Source: Minisyncoccota bacterium (GTDB taxonomy: Bacteria > Patescibacteriota > Minisyncoccia > Phycocordibacterales > UBA918). From it: a DNA stretch of 53,289 nt. The position numbers and the translations under genes were made by a program. Under the pieces are notes generated by a model. The model was not told where the DNA came from, searched no databases, and was given only the letters and a program-made list of their open reading frames with translations. The stretch lies in contig JBBDKG010000003.1 in the NCBI GenBank assembly GCA_040879435.1, positions 1 through 53,289 of the forward strand, written 5' to 3'. Shown here piece by piece: positions 1 through 9,958 of this stretch (positions within the stretch are counted from its first letter, which is position 1; each line of letters begins with the position of its first letter).

Positions 1-60
1 ATGGAGTATTATAGGTCATTATCTGTTGGAGTCTCATAAGTGGTGAGTTCGTACAGGATT

Positions 61-89
61 TTGACACCACCCCAATTTCCATTTATAAT
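61..89 (+). promoter_or_regulatory. Consensus sigma70-type promoter of the grpE-dnaK-dnaJ operon
   Basis: TTGACA at 61-66, 17-nt spacer, TATAAT at 84-89. Confidence 0.85.
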
Positions 90-171
90 ACACCTAACTT
101 ATCCCGTTGCGACACGAGACTACGGGAACACGGGATGGGAGGTACGTTTATGAGCTAAATACGTTTTTGTG

Positions 172-747
172 ATGGATAAGGACAAACGTACGGATGAGGA
201 CGAATTTGAAGTGACCGACTCTGAACCGGCTGATGAGACTGAAATTGAAGATATTGAAGAGTTGGGCGCACAGAAGATAAAGAAACTGCAGGCAAAACTC
301 AAGGAGTGCGAGGCTGAGAAGATGAAGCATCTTGAGGACCTGCAGCGCACGAAGGCGGATTATCTCAATAGCCGCAAGCGTCTTGAGGATCAACTTCGAC
401 GTGACGCCGAGCGTGTTACCGAATCACATCTTCTTTCACTCCTGCCGCTTGCAGACAGCTTCGAGATGGCCATGCAGGATCCTGCGTGGAAGGACTGCGA
501 TGAGAAGTGGCGGAAGGGTGTGGAAGGCATTCACGGACAGCTGAACGCTATTTTGAAGGCTCATGGCGTCACCCGTATTGACGCAGCAGGTGTTGCGTTC
601 AACCCACACGAACACGAAGCGGTCTCGAACGAACCCGTTACGACAGACAAAGATATCGACACGGTGGTACGCGTACTGCAGACAGGATACAGACGAAACG
701 ATGCGGTACTGCGTCCTGCGCGTGTGGTTGTTGGGATTACAGAATAA
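172..747 (+). CDS. grpE: Nucleotide exchange factor GrpE
   Basis: Motifs 'ADYLNSRKR', 'FNPHEHEAV', 'LQTGY...LRPARVVV'; lies upstream of dnaK. GTG at 169 is an alternative start. Confidence 0.97.
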   Translation: MDKDKRTDEDEFEVTDSEPADETEIEDIEELGAQKIKKLQAKLKECEAEKMKHLEDLQRTKADYLNSRKRLEDQLRRDAERVTESHLLSLLPLADSFEMAMQDPAWKDCDEKWRKGVEGIHGQLNAILKAHGVTRIDAAGVAFNPHEHEAVSNEPVTTDKDIDTVVRVLQTGYRRNDAVLRPARVVVGITE

Positions 748-777
748 TTGGAATTACTCTTAACTATACATATACCT

Positions 778-2676
778 ATGGCAAAAATACTTGGAATCGA
801 CCTTGGAACTACGAACTCGGCCATCGCCGTCATCGACGCCGGCGAGCCGACCATTATTGAAAACGCGGAGGGGAATCGCACAACACCGTCAGTGGTCGCT
901 ATCTCAAAGACGAAGGAACGACTGGTGGGGCAAATAGCGAAGCGCCAAGCGGTGACGAACCCGACCAACACCATCTACGGCATCAAGCGCTTCATGGGAC
1001 ACAATTTCGACGAATCCGCTGTCCAGAAGGACAAGGAGATCGTCCCGTACGAGGTGAAGAAGAGCGATTCTGGCGGCGTGCTGGTGACGATGGGGGAGAA
1101 GGACTACCGTCCCGAGGAGGTCTCAGCGATGATCCTTTCGAAGCTGAAGGCGGATGCTGAAGCGAAGCTTGGTGAGAAGATCACCGAGGCGGTCATTACC
1201 GTACCGGCATACTTCAACGACTCTCAGCGGAAAGCGACGCAAGATGCTGGCAAGATCGCCGGCCTTGACGTGAAGCGCATCATCAATGAGCCGACAGCAG
1301 CTGCGCTCGCATATGGATTTAACAAGAAGAAAGAAGAGAAGCTTGTAGTGTTCGACTTCGGTGGCGGTACCTTTGACGTGACCGTGCTCGAGGTGGGAGA
1401 CGATGTCGTTGAAGTGAAGTCAACGGACGGTGATGCACACATGGGGGGCCGTGATATCGACCAGGAGATCGTCCGGTACCTCATTGCAGAGTTCAAGAAG
1501 AGTGACGGAGTGGACCTTGGGAAGGACAAGCTTGCGCTTCAGCGCCTCGATGAGGCTGCCGAGAAGGCGAAGCAGGAGCTTTCCTCATCGTCCGAGACCG
1601 ACATCAACATTCCGTTCATCTCGCAGGGCAGCGACGGTCCGCTCCACATGGACATCAAACTGACGCGCGCGAAGCTCGAGGAGCTTGCCGCCGACTTTAT
1701 CAATAAATCCATTGAGATCACTAAGCGTGCTCTTGAAGCCTCCCCATTCAAGAAAGAAGAGATCGACGAGATCATTCTGGTGGGCGGACAGACCCGTATG
1801 CCAGCGGTCCAGAACGCCGTGAAGGAACTCTTTGGCAAGGAACCGAACAAGTCCATTAACCCAGACGAGGTGGTCGCGCTCGGAGCGGCCATTCAGGCAG
1901 GTATCTTCCAGGGTGACGTGCAGGACATCACGCTCGTTGACGTGATCCCACTCTCACTCTCCATCGAGACCATGGGAGGTGTGGCAACGAAGCTCATTGA
2001 GAAGAACTCACATATTCCGACCCGCAAGGAACAGGTGTTCTCGACCGCAGCAGACAACCAGACCTCGACCGAGATCCATATCACGCAGGGTGAGCGCCCG
2101 ATGGCAGCAGACAATAAATCGCTTGGACGGTTCGTACTAGATGGTATCCCGCCGGCACCACGTGGTATGCCTCAGATCGAAGTTGTATTCGATGTGGACA
2201 GCAACGGAGTCTTGAATGTCACCGCACGAGACAAGTCCACCGGCAAAGAACAGTCCATCAAGATCGAGGCGAACTCCGGCCTCACAGAGGACGACATCGA
2301 GCGCATGAAGAAGGAAGCTGAAGAGCATGCAGGTGAGGATGAACAGAAGAAGAAGGTCATCGAGGCACGCAAACTTGCCGACCAGCTGATATACACTGCC
2401 GAGAAGTCTCTCACTGATCACGGAGATAAGGTGGAAGAAGCTACCAAGACCGCGATCAACGAAAAGATCACGGCGCTCAAAAGCGTGAAAGACGGCACTG
2501 ATCTTGCAGCCATCGAAACAAAGACGAAGGAACTTTCGGATGAACTGCAGAAGATCGGTGAAGTGATGCAGAAGGCATCTGCAGAGAAGCAGGGTGAGAC
2601 GCAACAGAACGACGAAAATGTGCGTGATGCTGAGGTCTCAGAGGACGAGAAAAAGGACGACGAAGGGCAGAAATAG
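778..2676 (+). CDS. dnaK: Chaperone DnaK (Hsp70)
   Basis: 'GIDLGTTNS', 'DFGGGTFD', 'LVGGQTRMP' motifs; start set to ATG 778 ([10 protein letters not shown]). Confidence 0.99.
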   Translation: MAKILGIDLGTTNSAIAVIDAGEPTIIENAEGNRTTPSVVAISKTKERLVGQIAKRQAVTNPTNTIYGIKRFMGHNFDESAVQKDKEIVPYEVKKSDSGGVLVTMGEKDYRPEEVSAMILSKLKADAEAKLGEKITEAVITVPAYFNDSQRKATQDAGKIAGLDVKRIINEPTAAALAYGFNKKKEEKLVVFDFGGGTFDVTVLEVGDDVVEVKSTDGDAHMGGRDIDQEIVRYLIAEFKKSDGVDLGKDKLALQRLDEAAEKAKQELSSSSETDINIPFISQGSDGPLHMDIKLTRAKLEELAADFINKSIEITKRALEASPFKKEEIDEIILVGGQTRMPAVQNAVKELFGKEPNKSINPDEVVALGAAIQAGIFQGDVQDITLVDVIPLSLSIETMGGVATKLIEKNSHIPTRKEQVFSTAADNQTSTEIHITQGERPMAADNKSLGRFVLDGIPPAPRGMPQIEVVFDVDSNGVLNVTARDKSTGKEQSIKIEANSGLTEDDIERMKKEAEEHAGEDEQKKKVIEARKLADQLIYTAEKSLTDHGDKVEEATKTAINEKITALKSVKDGTDLAAIETKTKELSDELQKIGEVMQKASAEKQGETQQNDENVRDAEVSEDEKKDDEGQK

Positions 2677-2710
2677 ACAGTTACCCTAGGAGTGGTATTC
2701 TGTACACACT

Positions 2711-3775
2711 ATGGCTCAAAAAGACTACTACAACATCCTTGGAGTGGAGAAAGGCGCCTCAAAGGACGAGATAAAGAAAGCCTTCCGCAAGCTTGCGGCG
2801 CAACATCACCCTGACAAGAAGACAGGCGACGAATCCAAGTTCAAAGAAGTGAGCGAGGCCTATGCTGTTCTTGGCGACGAGAAGAAGCGAGCTGAGTACG
2901 ACGCGTACGGTCATGCCTTTTCCGGAGCTGGCGGTGGCGGCGGAGGATTCAACTGGGCGCAAGGTGGTTTCGGTGGACAGGGATTCGAGTTCGACATTAG
3001 TGACATCTTCGAGAACTTCGGTGATGTGTTTGGCGGCGGACGGGAGCGACAGGCGCGCGGTCGTGATATCTCGATCGATGTGGAGCTTTCGTTCAAGGAA
3101 TCCATCTTTGGAACGACCCGTTCGATACTCCTCACCAAGAACAATACCTGCAACGAATGCGAAGGGACTGGCGCGAAGCGGGGAACTGAGACCGTGACGT
3201 GCAGTACCTGCAACGGAAACGGAAAGGTGCGTGAGACGCGACAAAGCATCCTCGGTAGCTTCACGACCGTTCGTGAATGCGCGACGTGTAGTGGGCGTGG
3301 GACCGTGCCAAAGGAACGATGTGGCCACTGTGCAGGCACCGGCGTACACCGGAGCGAGAGCGAGATCGAAATGAAGATACCGGCCGGTATCCAGAATGGC
3401 GAGATGATCCGTATGACCGGGCAGGGGGAAGCGGCACCGAACAGCACACCAGGGGATCTGTATGTGAAAGTGCATGTGAAGGCGGACGACTTCGTCAAGC
3501 GCGACGGAAACACCCTTATCCGCACACTACCAGTGAAGCTCACTGACGCCCTTCTTGGAAGTACCTATGCGGTAGAGACGCTCGACGGGACCGTCAACAT
3601 CAAGATACCGGCAGGAGTGAAGCACGGGGAACTGCTGCGCATCAAAGAGAAGGGGGTACCGTATGGAAACAAGCGCCGAGGCGATTTTATGGTCAAGCTC
3701 AACGTGGAGATCCCAAATAAGTTATCCAGAAGTGCACGGAAACTCATTGAAGAACTGAGGGAAGAGGGCATATAG
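2711..3775 (+). CDS. dnaJ: Chaperone DnaJ
   Basis: J-domain with HPD, G/F-rich linker, four CxxCxGxG repeats. Confidence 0.99.
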   Translation: MAQKDYYNILGVEKGASKDEIKKAFRKLAAQHHPDKKTGDESKFKEVSEAYAVLGDEKKRAEYDAYGHAFSGAGGGGGGFNWAQGGFGGQGFEFDISDIFENFGDVFGGGRERQARGRDISIDVELSFKESIFGTTRSILLTKNNTCNECEGTGAKRGTETVTCSTCNGNGKVRETRQSILGSFTTVRECATCSGRGTVPKERCGHCAGTGVHRSESEIEMKIPAGIQNGEMIRMTGQGEAAPNSTPGDLYVKVHVKADDFVKRDGNTLIRTLPVKLTDALLGSTYAVETLDGTVNIKIPAGVKHGELLRIKEKGVPYGNKRRGDFMVKLNVEIPNKLSRSARKLIEELREEGI

Positions 3776-3845
3776 GAGACCTATTTACAACTGCTTTCTT
3801 GTATGGCAAGGTAGCATCAGTTCAACCGCAACAAGGAGCGTTGCA

Positions 3846-4406
3846 ATGCACCTCAAAGCTGATTCACCATTCGTGCGATTCGTATTCCCGATGCTGGGCC
3901 CGCCCCAGTCGACCAACATGTGCCGCCTGTTCTGGCATGTGCTGCTGTCACCGGTGAAGAATGTACTCGGTCTGGTCCTGATGGCGTTGGCAGCAACGTT
4001 TTCCGCCATCTTTGCTATCGTTGATCCTCTCTTCTTCGGTTATCTGAGGACCTTCAAACGATGGCCCTCTCCTGAAAGAAAGGGGTGGATTCCGAGAATC
4101 CTAGGATTCGACACCAAACGTGTCGGGAAACTTCCTTTCCTGTGGAAGGGTGTGCCGCCCTACGCCTACTGGCTGACGGCCGGCATACTCTGGGCCATCT
4201 GGACGCTCGCCGACCAAGCCCCGATCGCAGCAGCGAGACTCAGCAATCATGCAGACTCGTTGTGGTTATGGGGATCTGCGGGTGCGCTTGCGTTCGTTCT
4301 GCTGCTGTGGTGGGTCCAGGAATCGACCACGACCGCAGCCACCGTGATCCGTGGACGGCTTGCTGACCTCAAGGATCAGACCTGTACCATCGTCACGATC
4401 AACTGA
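3846..4406 (+). CDS. Hypothetical membrane protein (ORFan, SD-led)
   Basis: AAGGAG at 3833-3838; about 3 hydrophobic segments; followed by a terminator. Confidence 0.7.
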   Translation: MHLKADSPFVRFVFPMLGPPQSTNMCRLFWHVLLSPVKNVLGLVLMALAATFSAIFAIVDPLFFGYLRTFKRWPSPERKGWIPRILGFDTKRVGKLPFLWKGVPPYAYWLTAGILWAIWTLADQAPIAAARLSNHADSLWLWGSAGALAFVLLLWWVQESTTTAATVIRGRLADLKDQTCTIVTIN

Positions 4407-4425
4407 TGGCAATGGTCGCACTTAG

Positions 4426-4450
4426 AAAGCCCGGAGCAATCCGGGCTTTT
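4426..4450 (+). terminator. Intrinsic terminator
   Basis: aaagcccgga-GCAA-tccgggcttt hairpin followed by T. Confidence 0.75.
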
Positions 4451-4525
4451 GTTATCCACTCTTTTAAATGTGAATGTTCGCGCGGGGCATATAATAAAAG
4501 GGACAGTACAACTGTCCCTTTTATT

Positions 4526-5011
4526 ATGGATACCGACGCAGCACTTTCACTCCTCAAGGAATCTGCCTTCGTGCTTGCGGTCTTCGGGGTGTTACTCGTC
4601 TACGCGTTCGCACGCGGACGGCAGGCGATCACGAACCTCATTCTTGGTCTGTACCTTGCGCTCCTCATCACGCTGAAATTCCCGTACTTCGATGTTATTC
4701 TCAGTAACGTTGCCGACGCACACTCGCAGTCAATGGTAATGATTGCGATATTCCTGATCTTTGCCACACTTGCAACAATCCTATTCTCACGACTACTGCC
4801 ACGTGAGTACGACGAAGGAACATTCGAAGCGGCAGGGAAGAAGTTCGTGTTCGCACTTGCTGCGACCATACTTGTCATGGCATACAGCTACCACGCGCTG
4901 CCGGTGACCGAGTTCGTTGATCCCGGTTCACCAATCCAGTCGATCTTTGCCCCTGAACAAGGATTCTTCCTGTGGCTTTTGGTGCCCCTTGTATTGCTAT
5001 TCATTCTGTAA
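4526..5011 (+). CDS. Hypothetical integral membrane protein (~4 TM)
   Basis: Hydrophobic ORF; start set to ATG 4526 (MDTDAALS) because the upstream extension runs through the terminator. Confidence 0.75.
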   Translation: MDTDAALSLLKESAFVLAVFGVLLVYAFARGRQAITNLILGLYLALLITLKFPYFDVILSNVADAHSQSMVMIAIFLIFATLATILFSRLLPREYDEGTFEAAGKKFVFALAATILVMAYSYHALPVTEFVDPGSPIQSIFAPEQGFFLWLLVPLVLLFIL

Positions 5012-5037
5012 CGAGCAACCGTTCTCACGATATACGT

Positions 5038-5427
5038 ATGACACACTTTGGTGAACATGTAACAATTGACGGCTACGCCGGGAACGAGAAGTTTTTGAAC
5101 GATAAAACGTACGTTCTTGCATGTTTGAACGAATTACCTGAACGACTTGGTATGTCCAAGCTTTCCCAGCCCGAGATCTACTTCGCGGAAGGGAACGACG
5201 CAAAAGATCCTGGCGGATGGAGCGGTTTTGTGGTCATTGCGGAAAGCCACATTAGTGTCCACACCTTTCCCGCACGTCGTTTTATCAGCGCCGACGTGTA
5301 TACGTGCAAGAATGGAATGGACACCGCGCTCATTGAGCGGTACTTTAGAGAAAAGTTTGAATTACAGGATATCGAGGTGCAGTTCCTGAAGCGCGGCACA
5401 CGATACCCGTCACACAATCTTTCATAA
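5038..5427 (+). CDS. speD: Pyruvoyl-dependent S-adenosylmethionine decarboxylase family proenzyme
   Basis: 'GEHVTIDGY' N-terminus and 'GWSGFVVIAE|SHISVHTFP...ADVYTC' self-cleavage motif; start ATG 5038. Confidence 0.88.
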   Translation: MTHFGEHVTIDGYAGNEKFLNDKTYVLACLNELPERLGMSKLSQPEIYFAEGNDAKDPGGWSGFVVIAESHISVHTFPARRFISADVYTCKNGMDTALIERYFREKFELQDIEVQFLKRGTRYPSHNLS

Positions 5428-5429
5428 AT

Positions 5430-5579
5430 ATGGATACCCGATCAAAAATACTGTTGGCAGTCATGTTGGGGATTGTGATTGGCTCTGCAGTCGTCACATT
5501 CTACCGGTACGTGGTTACACAAAACTTCACTGTTGTGGAATCTTCCGTACACACCATAAGTGCGGTCGTGTATGTTTGA
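5430..5579 (+). CDS. Small single-pass membrane protein (49 aa, not in the ORF track)
   Basis: Manual translation MDTRSKILLAVMLGIVIGSAVVTFYRYVVTQNFTVVESSVHTISAVVYV*; starts 2 nt after the speD stop and overlaps the next ATG (5572). Confidence 0.6.
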   Translation: MDTRSKILLAVMLGIVIGSAVVTFYRYVVTQNFTVVESSVHTISAVVYV

Positions 5580-6171
5580 ACTCGGCGAATACGGACAGAT
5601 ACTTGGCATTCTCGCTGGAGCGCTCATGTTCGCGTCGTACTTGTTCTATATCGCTGCTATTTTGCGCGGTACGACCAAGCCAAACCGTGCGACCTGGTTC
5701 ATGCTGGCGACCATTTCGTTCGTGATCGCACTCAGCTATCACGAAGTTGGTGCCGAAAACACGTGGTGGGTTGCCGGAGGTGCATCCCTCGGAACGTTTC
5801 TGGTGGCGTTACTCTCGATCACCAAAGGAACCGGCGGCTGGGGTCGGCTTGATCGCCTGTGTATTTTGGTGGCGTTCGGGAGTCTCGCCATCTACGTCCT
5901 TTCAAGTGACCCACTCATCACACTCATGCTTATCCTCCTTATGGATGGGGCAGCAATGGCGCCGACGATCCACCACGCGTACATCGCGCCGGACGAAGAA
6001 GATACGCTCGCGTGGACACTGACCAGCATCGCTGACCTGCTTGCAATTATCGTCATCGAACGCTGGACGGTCGATATCGCGGTGTATCCGATCTACATGC
6101 TACTCATCAATGGCAGCATCGTCTTCTTGTTACTCCTTCCACGTTTGAAACGAATGATTCGATCAAAGTAG
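5572..6171 (+). CDS. Hypothetical multi-pass membrane protein (two ~3-TM halves, PQ-loop-like)
   Basis: 'TKPNRATWF' and 'EEDTLAWTL' repeat-like motifs; strongly hydrophobic. Confidence 0.75.
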   Translation: MFELGEYGQILGILAGALMFASYLFYIAAILRGTTKPNRATWFMLATISFVIALSYHEVGAENTWWVAGGASLGTFLVALLSITKGTGGWGRLDRLCILVAFGSLAIYVLSSDPLITLMLILLMDGAAMAPTIHHAYIAPDEEDTLAWTLTSIADLLAIIVIERWTVDIAVYPIYMLLINGSIVFLLLLPRLKRMIRSK

Positions 6172-6564
6172 ATTTTCCTTCGCTAGTCCGATACGATCAA
6201 AGTACGTGTCATCAAACTTGTTATAGTCGCAAAAGAGTTCTTCACCTTCTTTGATGTCTCGCTTTGCAATATCGTTGTGCGGTGTTGATTCAATATTGAT
6301 CCTCGACTGATCCTCCGAGTGATTGATAAAACGAAGATCGTCGATCGGGATCACATACTTACCGATCTCCGTGTCAAAAAATGAATAGTGCATGAGTGAC
6401 TTGCGCGCCACCTCGGGTAGTTTCGTAACCTGCTCGTCGGTGAACGAGAGATCAAAGTTCGGATGATACTCCCAGGTGACCGTCCCTTTTGGAATAAACT
6501 CTGCAGCAAACAATCCGATTCCGTGTGTGCTGCTCACACCAATGCGTGTTTTTATAAGAAGCAT
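6163..6564 (-). CDS. SET-domain protein-lysine methyltransferase
   Basis: 'HGIGLFAAEFIPKGT', 'RFINHS', 'IKEGEELFCDY' SET motifs; start ATG 6564. Confidence 0.9.
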   Translation of the reverse strand: MLLIKTRIGVSSTHGIGLFAAEFIPKGTVTWEYHPNFDLSFTDEQVTKLPEVARKSLMHYSFFDTEIGKYVIPIDDLRFINHSEDQSRINIESTPHNDIAKRDIKEGEELFCDYNKFDDTYFDRIGLAKENLL

Positions 6565-6626
6565 GATGGTATTATCTATGAAAGTATCAAATGTTTCAAT
6601 CACCACGACGTGATTCTTGAACAACT

Positions 6627-8306
6627 ATGGAACCAGTACTTAGTGATATTGTTCGTTGCGAATTTCTTGAGCCGGCACGCTTGCTGTTCATAAGCGGCAA
6701 CGTTCCGCCACTTGTGTACTACACGCACCTCCCGAACATTGTGTTCGCGCTCTTTATAGCGTTCTTGGTTCTCTTCAAGAACAAGACTGCGCTCGCCAAC
6801 AGGATCCTGTTCGGTACTATCATGGCCTTTGTATTTTGGGTGATCTTTTCACTCATCTTCTGGGCCACGAACCGCGCGGACCTGATTATGTATGGGTGGC
6901 TCATTGACATACTGGTAGAGCCGCTTGTACACATCGGAGTGCTGTATCTGTTGTATGTGTTGATAACCGGACACGATCTCAGTTTTGCAAAGAAACTCTT
7001 CTTTGCGCTTCTGTACCTACCAGTCCCGTTACTTCTACCAACACCATTTACTCTCGCAGCATTCGATACAGCATCGTGTCTTGCCACCGAAGGTCCAGTT
7101 GCGCTTTACTACACCTACTTCGTTGAGATCACCGTCACGATACTCTTGCTTGTATTTCTTGTTCGTCGCTTCTTTGCTACGCAAGACCGTGAAAAGCGTA
7201 CACGTATTTTCTACCTCGGTACTGGTGGCATATTGCTACTCTTTGCATTCTCATGGGGAAACATCATTGGCAGCTTCACCGAAAACTGGGAACTCGGACA
7301 GTATGGATTGTTGGGGATGCCTATTTTCATCAGCTTTCTGGTATACAGCATCGTCCGGTTCAATCTTTTTAACATCAAACTCTTTGCTACACAGGCACTT
7401 GTGGTCGTATCGTGGTGTGCACTCTTCTCGTTACTGTTTATAAACGAGATCGAAGCTTTTCGATTTGTTGTCATTGCAAACACAGTTATCTTTGCAATCC
7501 TCGGATACCAGGTGATCAGGAGCGTAAAGCGGGAAGTGGAGCAAAGAAAGCACCTTGAACAACTTACCAAGCAACTCCAAAATGCCAACAAACGCCTCAA
7601 GGTGCTCGACCAATTAAAATCTGAGTTCGTCTCGATCGCATCACATCAGCTCCGAAGTCCTCTCACCGCGATCCGTGGATACGCATCGATGATCCTTGAG
7701 GGTTCGTATGGCAAGATGCCAAAGAAGGCTAAGGAAGCGGTGGAGCGCATCGCGGAATCAAGTCGATTTATGGCACTTTCAGTGGAAGACTACCTGAACG
7801 TGTCCCGTATCCAGTCCGGCAGTATGAAGTACAATCTGTCCGAGTTCGATCTTCGGGAGGTAGCGAAAACCATTGCTGACGATATGCGAGCAGAGGGTAT
7901 GAAGCAAGGACTCCTCATCACATTCAAGTCGAATGTGACTAGCAAATGCCTGACAAAGGCTGATATCGGCAAGACCCGCCAGATCATTCAGAATCTTGTT
8001 GATAATGCACTCAAATACACGAAGAAGGGTTCAATTGAGATCCGTGTACACGACAAACGAAAGCCGAAGCGAATCTACGTAGAAGTGACTGATACCGGTA
8101 TCGGTATGTCGAAGGAAACGCTTGCAAATATCTTCGGAAAATTCGAGCGGGCACGGAACGCGAACGAAGTGAACGTGATCGGCACCGGTCTCGGGCTGTA
8201 TGTGGCGAAGAAGATGGCGGAGGATATGGGTGGTACCGTGACCGCAACGTCTGAAGGCGAAGGGAAGGGTTCAACGTTCACGGTTGAGTTACCGTACATC
8301 TGCTAA
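6627..8306 (+). CDS. Sensor histidine kinase with N-terminal 7TM-type sensor
   Basis: H-box 'ASHQLRSPLT', N-box 'NLVDNALKYT', G-boxes 'DTGIG' and 'GTGLGL'; multi-TM N-terminus. Confidence 0.95.
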   Translation: MEPVLSDIVRCEFLEPARLLFISGNVPPLVYYTHLPNIVFALFIAFLVLFKNKTALANRILFGTIMAFVFWVIFSLIFWATNRADLIMYGWLIDILVEPLVHIGVLYLLYVLITGHDLSFAKKLFFALLYLPVPLLLPTPFTLAAFDTASCLATEGPVALYYTYFVEITVTILLLVFLVRRFFATQDREKRTRIFYLGTGGILLLFAFSWGNIIGSFTENWELGQYGLLGMPIFISFLVYSIVRFNLFNIKLFATQALVVVSWCALFSLLFINEIEAFRFVVIANTVIFAILGYQVIRSVKREVEQRKHLEQLTKQLQNANKRLKVLDQLKSEFVSIASHQLRSPLTAIRGYASMILEGSYGKMPKKAKEAVERIAESSRFMALSVEDYLNVSRIQSGSMKYNLSEFDLREVAKTIADDMRAEGMKQGLLITFKSNVTSKCLTKADIGKTRQIIQNLVDNALKYTKKGSIEIRVHDKRKPKRIYVEVTDTGIGMSKETLANIFGKFERARNANEVNVIGTGLGLYVAKKMAEDMGGTVTATSEGEGKGSTFTVELPYIC

Positions 8307-8351
8307 GGTCCAGAATTGGTGTTTTAGCCTTATTTTGGTACTATTTCGAGA

Positions 8352-9302
8352 ATGGCAACAACAGGGAAGAAGCGACTTTTGACCGGACTTCAACCGTCCG
8401 GTTCACTCCACCTCGGAAACTACTTCGGCGCACTGCGTCCGTTCGTGGATATGTATGAAAACTACGACAGCCATCTCATGGTAGTCGACTACCATGCACT
8501 CACAACACTGCGGGACCCGGACGCACTTCGCCAGAACACGATCGATATTGTGAAGGACTACGTGGCCGCTGGGGTAGATCCAGAGAAGGTCATCCTCTTC
8601 AAACAATCAGACGTTTTAGAGCACACGGAGCTCGCGTGGATCTTTGAATGTCTGGTGACCGTACCATTCCTTGAGCTTGCGCATGCATACAAGGACAAGG
8701 TCGCAAAGGGACTTGAAGCGAACGCAGGACTGTTTAACTATCCCATGCTCATGGCAGCAGACATCCTGCTCTATGACACCGAGATCGTTCCGGTCGGGGA
8801 GGACCAGCGCCAGCACATCGAGTATACACGTGAGGCAGCGAACAAGTTCAATAACGCATTCGGTCAGACTTTCACACCGCCAGAGGAGCACATCCTCGAA
8901 AGTGTGGGGACCGTACCCGGCACTGACGGACAGAAGATGAGCAAGAGCTACAAGAACACCGTCCCGCTCTTTGGAACCCGTGATGAGATCACGAAGGCCG
9001 TGATGAGTATCGTGACCGACTCAAGCGGTTCTCACCCGACACATGTACACGCGATCCATCGCATGTTCCGATCCGATCTTGAACTTGATGCGCTATACAA
9101 AGCGAACGCCGGACAATACAAAGTACTGAAAGAAGCGCTTATTGAGGATATCGATGCGGTGATAGCACCGATGCGGGAGAAGCGTGAGTCGATCACTGAC
9201 GACGACGTGCGGACAATCCTAAAGGATGGGGCGGAAAAAGCGCGGGCACGAGCGTCCAAGAAGATGCAGGACGTGCGGGGGAAGGTCGGAGTGTCGCTAT
9301 AG
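8352..9302 (+). CDS. trpS: Tryptophanyl-tRNA synthetase
   Basis: 'LTGLQPSGSLHLGNY', 'VPVGEDQRQHIE', 'KMSKS'. Confidence 0.97.
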   Translation: MATTGKKRLLTGLQPSGSLHLGNYFGALRPFVDMYENYDSHLMVVDYHALTTLRDPDALRQNTIDIVKDYVAAGVDPEKVILFKQSDVLEHTELAWIFECLVTVPFLELAHAYKDKVAKGLEANAGLFNYPMLMAADILLYDTEIVPVGEDQRQHIEYTREAANKFNNAFGQTFTPPEEHILESVGTVPGTDGQKMSKSYKNTVPLFGTRDEITKAVMSIVTDSSGSHPTHVHAIHRMFRSDLELDALYKANAGQYKVLKEALIEDIDAVIAPMREKRESITDDDVRTILKDGAEKARARASKKMQDVRGKVGVSL

Positions 9303-9308
9303 CCACCT

Positions 9309-9860
9309 ATGAAACTATCACTTACTTTCGTCACTGGAAACGCAGGTAAAGCTAAGGAAATAGAGGAACAACTCCGCATGCCTGTCGAACAGCATGCACT
9401 CGACCTACATGAGATCCAGTCTCTTGACCTCCGTGAAATCTTGGAAGCAAAAGCACGTGCTGCATTTGCACGTTTGCAAAGACCAGTTATCGTCGACGAT
9501 GCGTCTGTTATTTTTACAGAATTGAATGGCCTCCCTGGACCGTTGATAAAGTGGTTTATTAATTCGATCGGGAACGATGGACTGTGCCGACTCGCTGACC
9601 TTACAAAAGGACGTACTGCAATTGCAGAAGTTGGTATCGGCTATTGTGACGTTTCGAATTTTGAAGCGTTCATTGCAACTAAAAATGGTACGATCGCTAC
9701 AGAACCACGCGGTACCAATGGATACGGATGGGATCCGATCTTCGTACAGGAAGGATATACAGTGACCAGAGGGGAATTGAACGACGAGGAATACAAAGAT
9801 GCTTCCATTCGTCACAGTGCACTTGAAGCATTAAAAACGTATTTAGATAATCAAAAATAG
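9309..9860 (+). CDS. rdgB: Non-canonical purine NTP pyrophosphatase (HAM1/RdgB/ITPase family)
   Basis: 'FVTGNAGK', 'EIQS', 'LNGLPGPLIKW', 'GYGWDPIF'. Confidence 0.9.
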   Translation: MKLSLTFVTGNAGKAKEIEEQLRMPVEQHALDLHEIQSLDLREILEAKARAAFARLQRPVIVDDASVIFTELNGLPGPLIKWFINSIGNDGLCRLADLTKGRTAIAEVGIGYCDVSNFEAFIATKNGTIATEPRGTNGYGWDPIFVQEGYTVTRGELNDEEYKDASIRHSALEALKTYLDNQK

Positions 9861-9958
9861 ACAAGGGAGAGCTCATTTATGGAGCAGTTGAGAATGATCT
9901 TGGACTGTGGCATACTCACGACAGAGCGAATCCATACTCTGAACCTTTGGAGGATCAC

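Noticed and set aside
1-39. Frame 'MEYYRSLSVGVS*' as the end of hrcA
   Set aside because: Too short to call. The same bases read on the minus strand as TATAAT plus a short spacer, which fits a divergent gene starting just outside the window.
40-170. CIRCE, CtsR or HAIR heat-shock operator
   Set aside because: No TTAGCACTC-N9-GAGTGCTAA or other recognisable operator is present.
2759-3475. Long antisense or shadow ORFs (e.g. 2759..3475, 9851..10270, 10945..11619, 44636..45460)
   Set aside because: They lie opposite well-supported genes and have no domain motifs; expected from codon bias at this GC level.
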